64,000 nucleotides of DNA, taken from assembly GCF_000143415.4 (NCBI RefSeq), contig NW_003314308.1, forward strand, positions 310,001 through 374,000, in the 5' to 3' direction. Source of the stretch: Selaginella moellendorffii. Taxonomy: Eukaryota; Plantae; Lycopodiophyta. The position numbers and the translations under genes were made by a program. Of this stretch, positions 1 to 12,400 are shown piece after piece; position 1 is the first letter of the stretch, and each line of letters begins with the position of its first letter. Below the pieces are notes generated by a model. That model had not been told where the DNA came from, searched no databases, and saw only the letters and a list, made by a program, of their open reading frames with translations.

Positions 1-49
1 AGCTTTTTGTCATTTCTTTTCTTTTGCTCTTTCTTTTTTGTTCATCTTC

Positions 50-942
50 ATGGCAAATTAGCAATCTCCTCCTTTGACTTTGGAGCAACAGTTGGTACAA
101 TTGCTTGATGCTATGCGCTTGCAATTGAACAACCAAACTCAGTTGATGGCGGCGTTCACAACATGTGGTACAACTCCTCTTGCTCTTGGTGCCAATCCTT
201 GCATTTGGCCAGAGTTCTTTCGTGGGAATCCTGAGGATGATGTGTACCATTGGTTCAATCACTTCACAGTGATTGCCATATATCATTCTTGGCATGATGC
301 TCGATGTTTGCATGACTTTCCCACATGTCTCCAAGGGATGGTGTTGCAGTGGTACAATGGTTTGAGCGTAGCCACTTATGGGGATTGGAGTGTTCTCCCA
401 TACATCTTCAAACGTGTCTTCGGACATGCTGATGACTGTGATGATGCCTTCCAACAATTACATTGTCTTCGCCAAGGGCTATCTGAGTCAGTGATGCAAT
501 TTGGCGTTTGTTTTCGAAGTCTTTTGCTTCGTGCAGAGCTAAATATGTCAGAGCGGATCAAGCTAGGAATGTTGAGGCTAGCACTTCATCAAGATCTTGT
601 TGGACTTGTGTGCATGCACTTGCTCCCACCACCCTTGATGATGCTCTTCGCTTGGCACAACGTTATGAGATGTCACCTCTTCCACTTTTCACTGCAAGTC
701 CTTCAGCTCTACTTCCTATGGGTGATGGTTCTGTTCTAATGGAGGTTGATGCTGCTGCTGTTCGAGTCCAAGGACAAGGGCGAGGAAGTGGTCATGGCTG
801 TGATGTTCACTGCTGGGTGTGTGATGAAGTTGGTCATACTTATCAATGTTGTTGGTGTTTTCCAAATTGACGACCTCCATTTCCTAGGTGGAGACCTTGG
901 CATCAGCAACGTCCCATTGGTGCTATTGCAGTGGAAGGTCTG
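50..942 (+). pseudogene. gag: Retrotransposon gag (capsid region plus CCHC zinc knuckle), with stops and a frameshift
   Basis: ATG at 50 is followed by an in-frame TAG. PEFFRGNPEDDVYHWFNHF...LQGMVLQWY is typical of retrotransposon gag; the knuckle CWVCDEVGHTYQCC is in the 508..870 frame. After removing B1 and one TSD copy, the frame continues ...VEGL|DIEMYPGNEESHE* to a TAA ending at 9384. Confidence 0.85.
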
Positions 943-2053
943 TGTAAGTGACTAAATTTTCCATTCTACTTTAGTCACTTAACCACACCTCTGACCATTT
1001 GGAGGAGTCTCACTCACAACCTTTGTAAGTCCTATTTTGGACTTAGGGACTTACTAGCCCCAAGAATGGCATCCATGCCACTCAACCATTGCACTTGGTC
1101 TAAGTGCTTCACATGTCCGATCCCATGACCAACACCCCAAGGTACCACCGACATATTAGCTCGTTATGTTAAGGCCATGCCCATTTGCTTTGGTCATACC
1201 GGTGGTCTAACACCACCTACATCACAGTCTCGTCTCTTAAAGACTGGGCCATCCGTCCATGAGTGATCATCCCAGATCCACTCCTTAGCATCCTTAAAAT
1301 GCCTGCAAATCTGGGGAATAGCCTTCCCCAATATCCCTTTTCCGGTCCTTACCAAGTCCCTTTCTGCCCATGGCCGTGTTCGCCAACATTGCCATTGGAT
1401 CGAGGCTCACAGGCCCGACCACTAAGTCTCACGGTCCTTTGGGACTTCTTCACCACACGACTGTATCCTTGGTCACTACACTAGAGGACTACTCTTCTTC
1501 CTTTCCATAGTCTGGGCCTTTGGGACAACATTTCGGAACACCGTGGCCCTACGCGGGCCTCATGGGTACTCTCCCTGCCTTCCGCCTTTGGGTGCTCTAG
1601 CCACAGGCTTAAAGCGAGGTTTTGTGAGCCACGCCAGGTATCCAAGTAGGTAATGCCACCCACATTTGGACTGGGAGCATCGACCATTCGATCTCCTGAG
1701 GGAACTAGAGCCGGCTCTTGAACACATCACTAAGCTACCCCGTTTGTCGATCCATATTCACTTTAGTCTTGGACTTCCCAGTGGTCAGCTCATCACCCAA
1801 CACTGGGTATGGCCTTCCTGGGCCAAATTGGCCTTTCTTGGCCAAATTGGCTCCACTAGGCTCCAACCCCCACACTCTCCCTACTATACTTTTGGAACCC
1901 CCCGTAGCGCCCCCCCCCCCCCTTGGGGGACGATTGCTTTGGGCTTTCACCCAACAACCTATATTAGTATTCAGACTTGGACTTGGACTCGGTCCCAGTT
2001 TCGGACTCGGACTTCCAGCTTCACTTTGGGGCTTAGGGATTTTGTGTCTCACA
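943..2053 (-). repeat. 3' LTR of B1 (1111 bp; repeat array largely deleted)
   Basis: TGTAAG...CTCACA ends on the + strand; homologous to 7761-9337 but missing ~470 bp near 2012. Confidence 0.88.
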
Positions 2054-4229
2054 ACTCCACCACCCATAGACGAAGTTCAATGTCCTCATCAAACAATAAA
2101 CTATTTTATAAAGTAATACCAACATGTATTACCCTTTCCATTCTTGGCACCTTACCAATATTCGTCAATGGTTTAATACCGAAGGCTCACCATGCCTTGC
2201 CCATCCTCTAAGGAGTATAGTCTCTCCAACTTAGAGATTGATTGGACCACTTGTGGTGGTTTACCGTGCCTTGCCCTCCACTCCTGAGCTCTATTACCAC
2301 TCGATAGAGCTTCTTCAGTGCCGGCAGCTCCACAACTTTGCCCATATTTTAAACCATCACCGCACTCTAGTGAGTTGGGACTCAAACCCAAGCACTAAAG
2401 GGTTGGGACTTGAACCTAAGCTTTGTATATGCATCTACAGAAGGCATCATCCAAAATGCCTGGTGTGACTCCCCACGCCGGTGCACCAACTTATAGTTAA
2501 AGCGCATTACAAATCACAACTTAGGAATCTAGTTCTTTTGCACTGCCAAGTCCTCTCACTTGACAAGCTGTGATCATGCATGGACTCCTTCATGCTTAGC
2601 CCCACGGGCCACCCCTTTGAAGTTGGCTCCTTCAACTAGGGTATTTGTTCCCCCGACTTGCCAATCTCACTTAACAAGTCATTCGACCACCGTAACATGG
2701 TTCATGCATAAGCATGAAAGTCCTTAACTATCGACTTTCGTTCAAAGCCCTCTCTTTGAACACTCGGGAACTACTTCCCTAACCTTGATAGCCTCGCCTC
2801 TTGGCAAGCTTCAAGACCACGCTTTTGCTGTGCCACTCTGATTTCGCACGCTCTATGAACCATTTGCACTTAGTTTTCTAGGTACTAAGTTACCTAGAAT
2901 TGTATTTGGGAACCTTTGAAGGAACTATATCCCTTAACTTGCTAAGGCCTTTCCTTTCGCAAGCTTTTAAATTGCTATATGGTCTAATATGGACAATTCC
3001 ATACTTTAGACTCTCCATGGCATCACGGTTGCTAGTAACAACATGCTTGAGCACCCACTTGATTCTCCATTCCTAACTGGTATAACCACCCTTGGTTATG
3101 CAATTCAATGCTTATGGTTTGATTCTATCCCTTTACTACTTGCCTTTGGCCTCACACCTTTCCTTCAATTATTCTCCTCCAGATTTAGGAGGATAGCTTT
3201 GCACTTTCTACTATGCTGTAGCAAGTATTTTTAGGGATGAACCTACCCGATAGCCTAGGGAGTGGTTCCTTAATCCGAGTATGCTCAACTTATAATCCCA
3301 CATATCTTATGGGCTTTTATATGCCTATCACTAGCCTTGCTAAAATTCCATTTTGGCTTTGTCCAATTCGGGTAGATAGTTTTCTTTTGTCTCCACAACC
3401 TTGGATGTCTGGATAACACCTTCTATCCATCATTCGCTAAGGACTTAATTCCTTGGGCCTTATCTATTGCCTTCGCGACCCTAAACACCACCTCCTGGTG
3501 TCCTAGAGTGTTTAGGTGTCCTAATGATGGCCTCCTTGACAATGAGCATTTTCTTTTATGACATTGACTCATTATATTGCAACATAAGCAATTTTTCCCT
3601 TGTAAGGGTATATTTAACTTCTTTATGCCATTAAGAAATCTTGGGTAACTACCTTCTACCCATTTAATCAATTATCTTGCACTTTTTGTTTAGTTGCCTC
3701 ATAGTTGTCAAATCTTACAACTCATTGTTTGGTGCTTCCACACCTCCATCATTATCTGGGTCACCACACTCCAACCACATGCCTTCTAACTTAAGCCATG
3801 CCATTCCCATTTCCATTAGGACTCCTTTAGGAAGGGGTTCTCATGAACCTACTAACTTGACCTCAAGGCATCGTGCTTTGGTACATTCGGTGTCTCCACA
3901 CCATTGGCTTTACAAGCCTACCCTTATGACACTACCCACTCATGTCCGGGTCTTTGCCAAAACCAAAATAGTTGTTTCTCATGCCAACTATCAGTTAGCA
4001 TGGCACCATCATATTCACACACAACTCTATGCCAAAGTTGTTTTCTTCTAGGAACACCTTTTCCATAACTTTAGTATGGCACATTTTGCCATCGATGAGA
4101 TACCTACTGTTCTCATACTTGGATCTTATAATCCTCCCCATCCTTAACAGGTTGTGGCTTGCCCGTTAACTTGATCCAGCCGTTGGCAACCATCGGATCG
4201 AGTCATGTTCTCTGCGAGAATTTTACTAT

Positions 4230-6801
4230 TGTCAACCACATTCTCCAGAATGTGGCTGACAGCTACCAGGTTCTGGAGATTGTGGCTGACAGCTACTAGG
4301 TTCTGGAGAATGTGGCTGCTGTCATCCAGGTTCTAGAGAACTTGGCTGCCAATAACCACATTCTCCAATTAAACGAGATGCAATTGCTTTTTTATTTTTT
4401 CATCAAAGCAAGCTTGAACACTTTGGCTATGACCATTGACTACAATCACATAATTACTCACAGTACAATGGTGAAATGTGGTGGTGCTCGTCGGTAGTGC
4501 TAAAGCTTTTGTAGCTCTTGGATCTTTTGCAAGAGCTAAAAGTAGCTCATTGTCGTCAAGATCTACCAAAAGTTAGAAATAAAGAATTCAAATCAAATAA
4601 ACTTTACCTTTGTCTCTAGAAATGACTGATTCCTGCTACTCGCCATGCTCTGGCATAGGCTCTAGCACAGTCTCGTGCACAGTCTCGTGTTGCTTGTCGT
4701 GTCCACTTGAAACAAAGAGAAAACTAAATTGAAAGAAAAAAGGAAAGAAAGAATTTTCTTACCTTGCTGCTCTTCAATCACATCCAAAACTTGGTGGTGA
4801 TTCAGTTCCTGTTTGTGGATCTCTTCTCTTGGAGAAGGTTGTTGCTGCCTAGGACCACCTAAAATTGAGAAAAGAGAAAAGTCCATTATAAAGATTATAA
4901 AGTTTTTGGTTTTCTTACCAAAATTTTGTTGTTGCTGCTCATGAATTTGAGTCTGTTGATTGTCATTTCCACCTGAATTGAAGAGTGTTAAACCTCCACA
5001 AAGCTTTGAATTACCAAAAGAAACAAGATGGCAATCTTGAAGATCCAATGGATCTTCATTTAAAGGTTTACCAGCCTCATAGCACCGTACAATATACTCC
5101 GATGCTTTTCTAAATTCGTCCTGGTAGTTTTTCAAACGACCAGTACGATCATACCAGTTATATAGAACATATGACATTGCCATTCTCCTTGCTTTCCTGG
5201 AGTGATCGTACCTGTTAAAAAAAGAGGCATTAATGATAAAATGGTTAGCAAAAACCTAATTGTTCCATGTTTTCCACCCTTTTGTGTCCCGTCAGCTTCA
5301 TACAATCTTCCATTGGAGTGTTGCAAATACTCATAGTTGTAATTACTGAGTGTTGAATATCTTTCACTGAAAGGCTCAAACCTAGAGAAAATGAATTATG
5401 AGAAAACAAGAAAGCAGTTAGTTAACTACCTGTTTTTGTGGCAACCAATTTTACTACTTCAGAGATCTTATGCTCTCCTATCCGTGCCCCTCGACGGTAC
5501 CAATTATTAGTCCTGTTGAAACAGTTGTTACAAGCCAGGAAAAACGGCTGCTTGTTCAAGTCCTCCCCATCACCAACTGCTGGATGCTTATCAAAAAAAA
5601 GCTTGAATGCCTTGTAGACTAAGGGAGCAGCTATTTCATAGAGATCCACAGCAGGCTGCCGATCCATGCTCTTACAATTCATTAGATCCACTTGGTAGTT
5701 TTTGGAAACCACGTTGGTTGAATCTGAGGCAAAAAAAATTCTGATTAGAACCGACAAGAACAAAGAAAACAAATAAGAAACTACTCAACTGGATATAGCA
5801 ACCAACAACATCCTCCAAAAGTGTAAAATCAGTGAATCGCACATGTACAAGAAAGAAATTCATGCAGAATAGTACAACTAACCAAAAACAGTCCATTAGG
5901 ACTGTTAGGTAGGAACTCTGGCAACGTGAGAACTACCTTAAGCTCAACCATCGACAAGTACACATGCTTTGACCTTGTACTTGTTGGCCTTGTAGTTTCT
6001 AGTGCTGCTTTTTGAATTATATGGCTAGTAGCATTCCTAGAATAAACAAACCAAACCAAACATATTAGAACACAAACCACAACAAAAAGAACAAAAAAAG
6101 CAAGATACCTTGCTGTAAGAAACCTTGGATCATTCAGGATGTCAACTTCTTCTTCTAAAACTCCTGTTCTTGCAACTCGGGCTTCTCTTGCCAGCTTCAA
6201 TACTCAGTTAAAGCAAAAAAACATATCCCTCAGAGTTGCTGGAGGGTAAGGCTTCCCATCGTCTCTCAAAACATGCTTGTAGAACAATGCAAGCTGGTGG
6301 GAGACCTCCTACAATCAGAGAAAGATTTAGTCATAAAAATCAAAAGAAAAAATAAGAAACAACCTTTGCAGGAAGTTCCTCAATCAGTCTCAAATCCTGT
6401 AAGGAAAACTCTGGGCCCTATGCCTTGCGCCATGCATAAAACTTTGATGTTGCCCACTCATTCTTCTTTCGGGTCCCTGCTGGTATAACCAATTCCAATG
6501 GGTTCTCGTCCTCCTCATTCGGAACAATTTGTCGAAAATGTTGGCAGCCAACCTGCATCAACAAACAATTTCAACCTGGAGCATCTAACCAAAAAGCACT
6601 TACCTCTCTCCGACCATGCCGACCACGCCCACTACGCCCACCGTGATTCCTCCAAGGACAAACCTATCAAACTCAAACGATTGCAAGTGAGTAAGCAAGA
6701 ATACATAATAACTAGAGAACTGAATTCAAGAAAGGAGCTGCGTTCTCAACAAGATCAGCAGCATTCTGGGACAATCCCAGATCAAATGAAGGAGGATCCA
6801 T
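4230..6801 (-). pseudogene. Multi-exon tyrosine recombinase of Crypton/DUF3504 (ZMYM/KCTD1/QRICH1-related) type
   Basis: Spliced translation gives MDPPSFDLGLSQ (6801), IPAGTRKKNEWATSKFYAWR (~6430-6487), LFYKHVLRDDGKPYPPATLRDMFFCFN*VLK (~6195-6287), NSPNGL, VSKNYQ (~5700), FKLFFDKHP...PFFLAC...NWY...IGEHKISEVVK, KDIQHSVITTM...MKLTGHKRVENMEQ|Y (Tyr 5210-5208). Disabled by CAG>TAG and CGA>TGA stops, a frameshift near 5890 and a probable GT>AT donor change. The 3' end is approximate. Confidence 0.75.
4238..4368. repeat. 30-bp tandem repeat (~3.5 units) near the left end of the Crypton-like insert
   Basis: Unit ~TGTGGCTGACAGCTACCAGGTTCTGGAGAA; reads as SPEPGSCQPH-like decapeptides on the minus strand. 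Confidence 0.8.
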
Positions 6802-7760
6802 CTACAGATAGACAAAATCGAGAGGATTGAGAAGGAAAAACTATGAAATCCAGAGAAAACCAGGAAATGAGGGCAAACCGGGATTATCAACTCTCAAGCT
6901 GCTCTCGATGCACACAAGCTCCTATTGCCTTGAGTGCCACAAGAAACCACTGCAAAATTCCTGAAACACACGGACAAGGAGCAGATCTGGATCAATCTAG
7001 CTACTATGCCTCAGATCTGACCTTGGCAAGCTGGTGCCGCCCTGCCGCTGCTGCTGACGCCTTGTTGCTACTGCTGCTGCTGACGCCTTGTTGCTACTGC
7101 TTCCGCCTTGCCACTACTGCTATTGCTTCCAAGAGAATCTGACAGCCTCACAGCGTCGGCACAAAAAACCCTAAAACCCTAGAAAACATGTTATATATGA
7201 CTTTTAGCCACGTGTTCTATGTTCATTTGACCACTCCCATCCTCGAATAACGTTATTCCATGTGTCCGTTAACGGTCTCGCCACAGCCCATTAAGGCCGT
7301 TCCTGGGCACGGGCTCGCACGTTCCCTCCAGAACGCACTCGCCGGGCTAACGCCTGGCTCGCCCGTTCTGGGCGGGAACATGCTCGCCCTACCTGGGAAC
7401 TCCTTCTTCAAGGGGTACAACACACCTCAGTCCAAATGCTTTTACGAATCCCTTAAGACCATTCCTTGACTCTACCCAAGTTATCCAGCATTTCAAGACT
7501 TCGATAATCCAATGACCCGTAAATTCCTATCTTGAGGTGCTAGCTCGTTGGAAATACAACTTCGTGTATTCATGTCCTACTCATAAGGACCACCACCTCG
7601 CTTACAAGTTCACACATGAACTGTAGTGGAGAGTCATGTCTTCCCGACTTGCTACTCCTCAAGGACAGACCCACTCCTAGGACCTTCCGATGCCAAAACC
7701 AGTGGTGATATACTTAAGCACCAATAAAAGTTAGACTAAGGAATAGCTCCGATACCAAAT

Positions 7761-9337
7761 TGTAAGCGATTAAATTTTTCATTCTACTTTAGTCACTTAA
7801 CCACACCTCCGACCACTTGGAAGAGTTTCACTCACAACCTCCATAAGTCCTATTTTGGACTTAGGGACTTATTAGCCCCAAGAATGGCATCCATGCCACT
7901 CAACCATTGCACTTGGTCCAAGTGCTCCACATGTCCGATCCCATGACCAACACCCCAAGGTACCACCAACATATCAGCCCGTTATGCTAAGGCCATCCCC
8001 ATTCGCCTTAGTCACACCGGTGGTCTAACACCACCTACATCATAGTCCCGTCTCTCAAAGACTGGGCCATCCATCCATGAGTGATCATCCTAGATCCACT
8101 CCTTAGCATCCTTAGGATGCCCGCAAACCTGGGGAATAGCCTTCCCCAATATCCTTTTTCCGGTCCTCACCAAGTCCCTTTCTGCCCATGGCCGTGTTCG
8201 CCAACACTGCCACTGGATCGAGGCCCACAGGCTCGACCACTAAGTCCCACAGTCCTTTGGGACTTCCTCACCACATGACTATATCCTTGGTCACTACACT
8301 AGAGGGCTACTCCTCTTCCTTTCCACAGTCTGGGACTTTGGGACAACATTTCGGAACACCGTGGCCCTATGCGGGCCTCATGGGTACTCTCCCTGCCTTT
8401 TGCCTTTGGGTGCTCTAGCCACAGGCTTAAAGTGAGGTTTTGTTAAGCCACGCCAGGTATCCAAGTAGGTAGTGCCACCCACATTTGGACTGGGAGCATC
8501 AACCATTCGATTTCCCGGGGGAACTAGAGCCGGCTCTTGAACACTTCACCAAGTTACCCCGTTTGTTGGTCCGTATTCACTTTAGTCTTGGACTTCCCAG
8601 TGGTCAGCTCATCACCCAACACTGGGTATGGCCTTCCTGGGCCAAACTGGCCTTTCCTGGCCAAATTGGCTTCATTGGGCTCCAACCCCCACACTCTCCC
8701 TACTATACTGTTAGAACCCCCCGCAGCCCCCCCGCCCCCCCCGGGGGACGATCACTTTGGGCTTTCACCCAACAGCCTATATTAGTATTCGGACTCAGAC
8801 TCGGACTTGAACTTGGACTCGGACTCGGTCTCGGTTCCGGTTTCAGACTCGGACTCGGTCTCAGTCTTGGTCTCAGTCTCGGTCTCGGTTCCATCTCGGA
8901 CTCCATCTCGGGTCCATCTCGAACTCCATCTCGGACTCCATCTCGGGTCCATCTCAGACTCCATTTCGAACTCTATCTCGGGTTCAGGTCCATCTCGGAC
9001 TCCATCTCGGGTCCATCTCGAGTCCATCTCGGACTCCATCTCGGGTCTATCTCAGACTCCATCTCGAGTCCATCTCGGGTCCATCTCAGACTCCATCTCG
9101 GACTCCATCTTGGACTCCATCTTGAGTCCATCTCGAATCCCTTTTCTAGAGACTCACTTATCACTCACTTTGTGCTTGTTCCTCGAGCACTTTGTTGGGA
9201 GTTCCACTCCCATTCTCGACCTTTCAAGTAGGAGCTTTTGGTCCAAATGTGTAACGCTCGTTTGGCTTTCACTTCAGCCACTACCACGTGGCACCCTTCC
9301 GGCTCCACTTTGGGGCCTAGGGATTTTGTGTCTCACA
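7761..9337 (-). repeat. 5' LTR of B1 (1577 bp) with internal 6/12-bp repeat array (~8790-9140)
   Basis: Abuts the PBS; array of GGACTC/GGTCTC and GGACTCCATCTC/GGGTCCATCTC units. Confidence 0.9.
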
Positions 9338-9449
9338 GTTTGGACATCGAGATGTATCCGGGAAATGAAGAGTCACACGAGTAACGAAGGGACCTTGCGT
9401 GAATAAATTAGAAATAGATATATTAATTAGGGTTTAGACCTGACCCCTC

Positions 9450-12400
9450 TATAAGTGACTAATTTTTCCATTCTACTTTAGTCACTTAACCATACCTCCG
9501 ACCACTTGGAGGAGTCTCATTCACAACCTCCATAAGTCCAATTCAGGACTTGGGGCTTGCTTGCCCCGAAAATGGCATCCATGCCACTCAACCTTTGCAT
9601 TTGGTCCAAGTGCTCCACGTGTCCGATCCCATAATTGACACCCCAAGGTACCACCAACATGTCAGCCCGTTACGCTAGGCCATGCCCATTCACCTTGGTC
9701 ACATCGGTGGTCCAACACCACATGCATTGCAATCCCGTCTTTCCAAGATGGGGCCATCCGTCCATGAGTGGTCATCTCATATCCACTCCTTAGCATCCTT
9801 AGAATGCCTGCAGACATGGGGAATAGCCTTCCCCAATATCTTCTTTCTGGTCTTCACCAAGTCCTTTTTTGTCCATGGCCGTGCTCACCAACACGGCCAT
9901 TAGATCAAGGCCCACAGGCCCAACCACTAAGTCCCATGGTCCTCTAGGACTTCCTCACTATGTGACTAGGTCTTTGGTCACCACACCAAAGGGCTACTCC
10001 TCTTCCTTTCCACAGTTTGGGACTTTGGGACAACATTTCGGAACACCGTGGCCCTACGCAGGCCTCATGGGTACTCTCCCCACCTTCCGCCTTTGGGTGC
10101 TCTAGCCATGGGCTTAGAGCGAGGTTCCATTGAGTCACGCCAGATATCCAAGTAGGTAGTGCCACCCACACTTGGACTGGGAGCATCAACCATTCGATCT
10201 CCCGGGGGAACTAAAGCCGGCTCTTGAACACTTCACCAAGCTACCCCGCTTGTCGGTCCGTATTCACTCTAGTTTTGAACTTCCTAGTGGTTATCCCATC
10301 ACCCAACACCTGGGTACAGCCTTCCTGGGACAAACTGGCCTTTCCTAGCCAAACTGGCTCCACTGGAGTCCTCCCCCTTACTATACTTTTGAAGCTCACC
10401 AAACCCCCCAGGGTCTGGGAGACAAATGCTTTGGGCTTTCACCCTCTCAGACTCAAACTCGGACTTGGACTCGGACTCAGACTCGGACTCAGACTTGAAC
10501 TCGGACTCAAACTCAGGCTTGGTCTCAGCCTTGGCCTCGATCTCGGTCTCAATCCCGATCTCGGTCTCAATCTCGGTCTCGGTCTCAGTCTCGGTCCCGG
10601 TCTCAGTCTCGACCTCGGACTCCATCTCGGGTCCTTCTCGGACTCCATCTCAGATTCCATTTCGGGTCCATCTCGGACTCCATCTCGGACTCTGTCTCGG
10701 TCCATCTCGGACTCCATCTCAGACTCCATCTTGGGTCCATCTCGGACTCCAACTTGGGTCCATCTCGAGTCCATCTTGGACTCCATCTCAGACTCCATCT
10801 CGGGTCCATCTCAGACTCCAACTCGGGTCCATCTCGGGTCCATCTCGGACTCCATCTTGATTCCATCTCGGACTCTAACTCAGGTCCATCTCAGGTCCAT
10901 CTCAGACTCCATCTCAGACTCCATCTCGGGTCCATCTTGGACTCCAACTCGGGCCCATCTCGGGTCCATCTCGGACTCCATCTCGGACTCATCCACGTGT
11001 CACATGGTGGTCCTTTTTGGGTCCCTTTTTGGAGCCTCGCTTATTGCTTGCTTCGTACTCATTCCTCGAGCCCTTCGTTGGGAATTCCACTCCCACTCTC
11101 GACCTTTTAAGTTGGAGCTTTTGGTCCAAACGTGTTACACTCGTTTGGCTTTTGCTTCGGCCGCTACCACGTGGCACCCTTCCGGCTCCACTTTGGGGCC
11201 TAGGGATTTTGTGTCTCACAACTCCACCACCTATAGACAAGGTTCGATGTCCTCATTGAACAGTAAACCCTTTTATAAAGTAACACCCACATGTATTATC
11301 GTTTCCATCCTTGGCACCCGGCCAATATTTGTCTATGGTTTGACACCGAAGGCTCACCATGCCTTGTCCATCCTTTAAGGAGCATAGTCTCTCCAACATA
11401 GAGACTTATTCGACCACCTGAGGTGGTTTGCTCCCTTTTATTGGTTCAGTTTTCGCTAAACCCGTTAGAGACACCTTCTCTAACTCAATCCCACTACTCA
11501 TTTTCGAGTAGTCTCAAATTCCATCGACATAACCTTTGCACTTTGAAACTTTTACTTTTGACTTCTTGAAGTCAATTTCTTAGGTGTCTTCGACACTTTG
11601 CATTACACATCTTGTGCAACTCCACTTCCCCATCCTAAGAAGTTCTTTACTTGAGGGCACCATCATCCTCTCTTCTATTTCATGCCTACTTGGGCACTAA
11701 GTTTTAGTTATCAAAATTTGTGTTAAGGCTGTCCATGGCCCTATCATTTGGTTACCTTACCGCTCCCTCCCTTGGAACTTCCACTTTCGCCAAATCGGAG
11801 CAATTGAGAATCCATCTTTGGAAACACCTTGCCTTTCCCACAATTTGTTAGCCCCTAACACATTAGTGTTCTTGGCCTAACTTTGCCTTTTGGATTCTTT
11901 CCCATGGTTCCCATGGCTTTTTTCTTAGCCATTAGTTTTTTGCTTCTATCCTTGATTGTTGCATCGGATCACTACTTCCATTCTCGAGGTATCCTTTCAA
12001 TTCCATAGCAAAGACTTTGTTTTGCCAAGTCCAGAGGGTGTTTACCCCTAGTATGTCTCTTTATCATTTTCTACTATGGCTTTATTCATAACCCAATTTA
12101 GTGACCCTCTCATAAGTCTTTTATAGAGATTACTTTCCTCGGATTCACTATGCCATCGCATAGGCATTGGTTATTTCCCTTAGGTGTTCTTCCCACTTGG
12201 TCATCTTGACCAAGCCACACCATCATAAACAGTTCAAATCAACACTTTGAACCAGGAACTTCATTCCTTAGCCAACCAAGGACCTTATCATTATTTAGCC
12301 ACAAGATCACCTAGTGATCTCACTTTGGCACCTTAACAGAGTTGTCAAGAGGTACTTTGTCTTTTAGATCTTCAAGTTGTTGACCATGACCCCGGGGGCA

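Larger units (their letters stand above)
4142..7408 (-). mobile_element. Crypton-like tyrosine-recombinase DNA transposon inserted in B1
   Basis: Absent from the homologous sites in B2 (~14460) and B3 (~28030). No TIRs; only short junction microhomology (TCCTT/CTT). Contains a spliced recombinase gene with its own TATA (TATATAA, minus strand, 7197-7191) and telo-boxes (~7167-7182). Confidence 0.75.
943..9337 (-). mobile_element. LTR element B1 (non-autonomous, no intact ORFs), inserted into host gag
   Basis: LTRs at 943-2053 and 7761-9337. tRNA-iMet-type PBS TGGTATCGGAGC on the minus strand at 7746-7757; purine tract GGGTGGTGGAG on the minus strand next to 2054. TSD GTCTG (938-942) / GTTTG (9338-9342), one mismatch. 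Confidence 0.9.

Noticed and set aside
10447-10990. Repeat array considered as CRISPR-like
   Set aside because: Contiguous tandem units with no unique spacers; eukaryotic LTR context; no cas genes.
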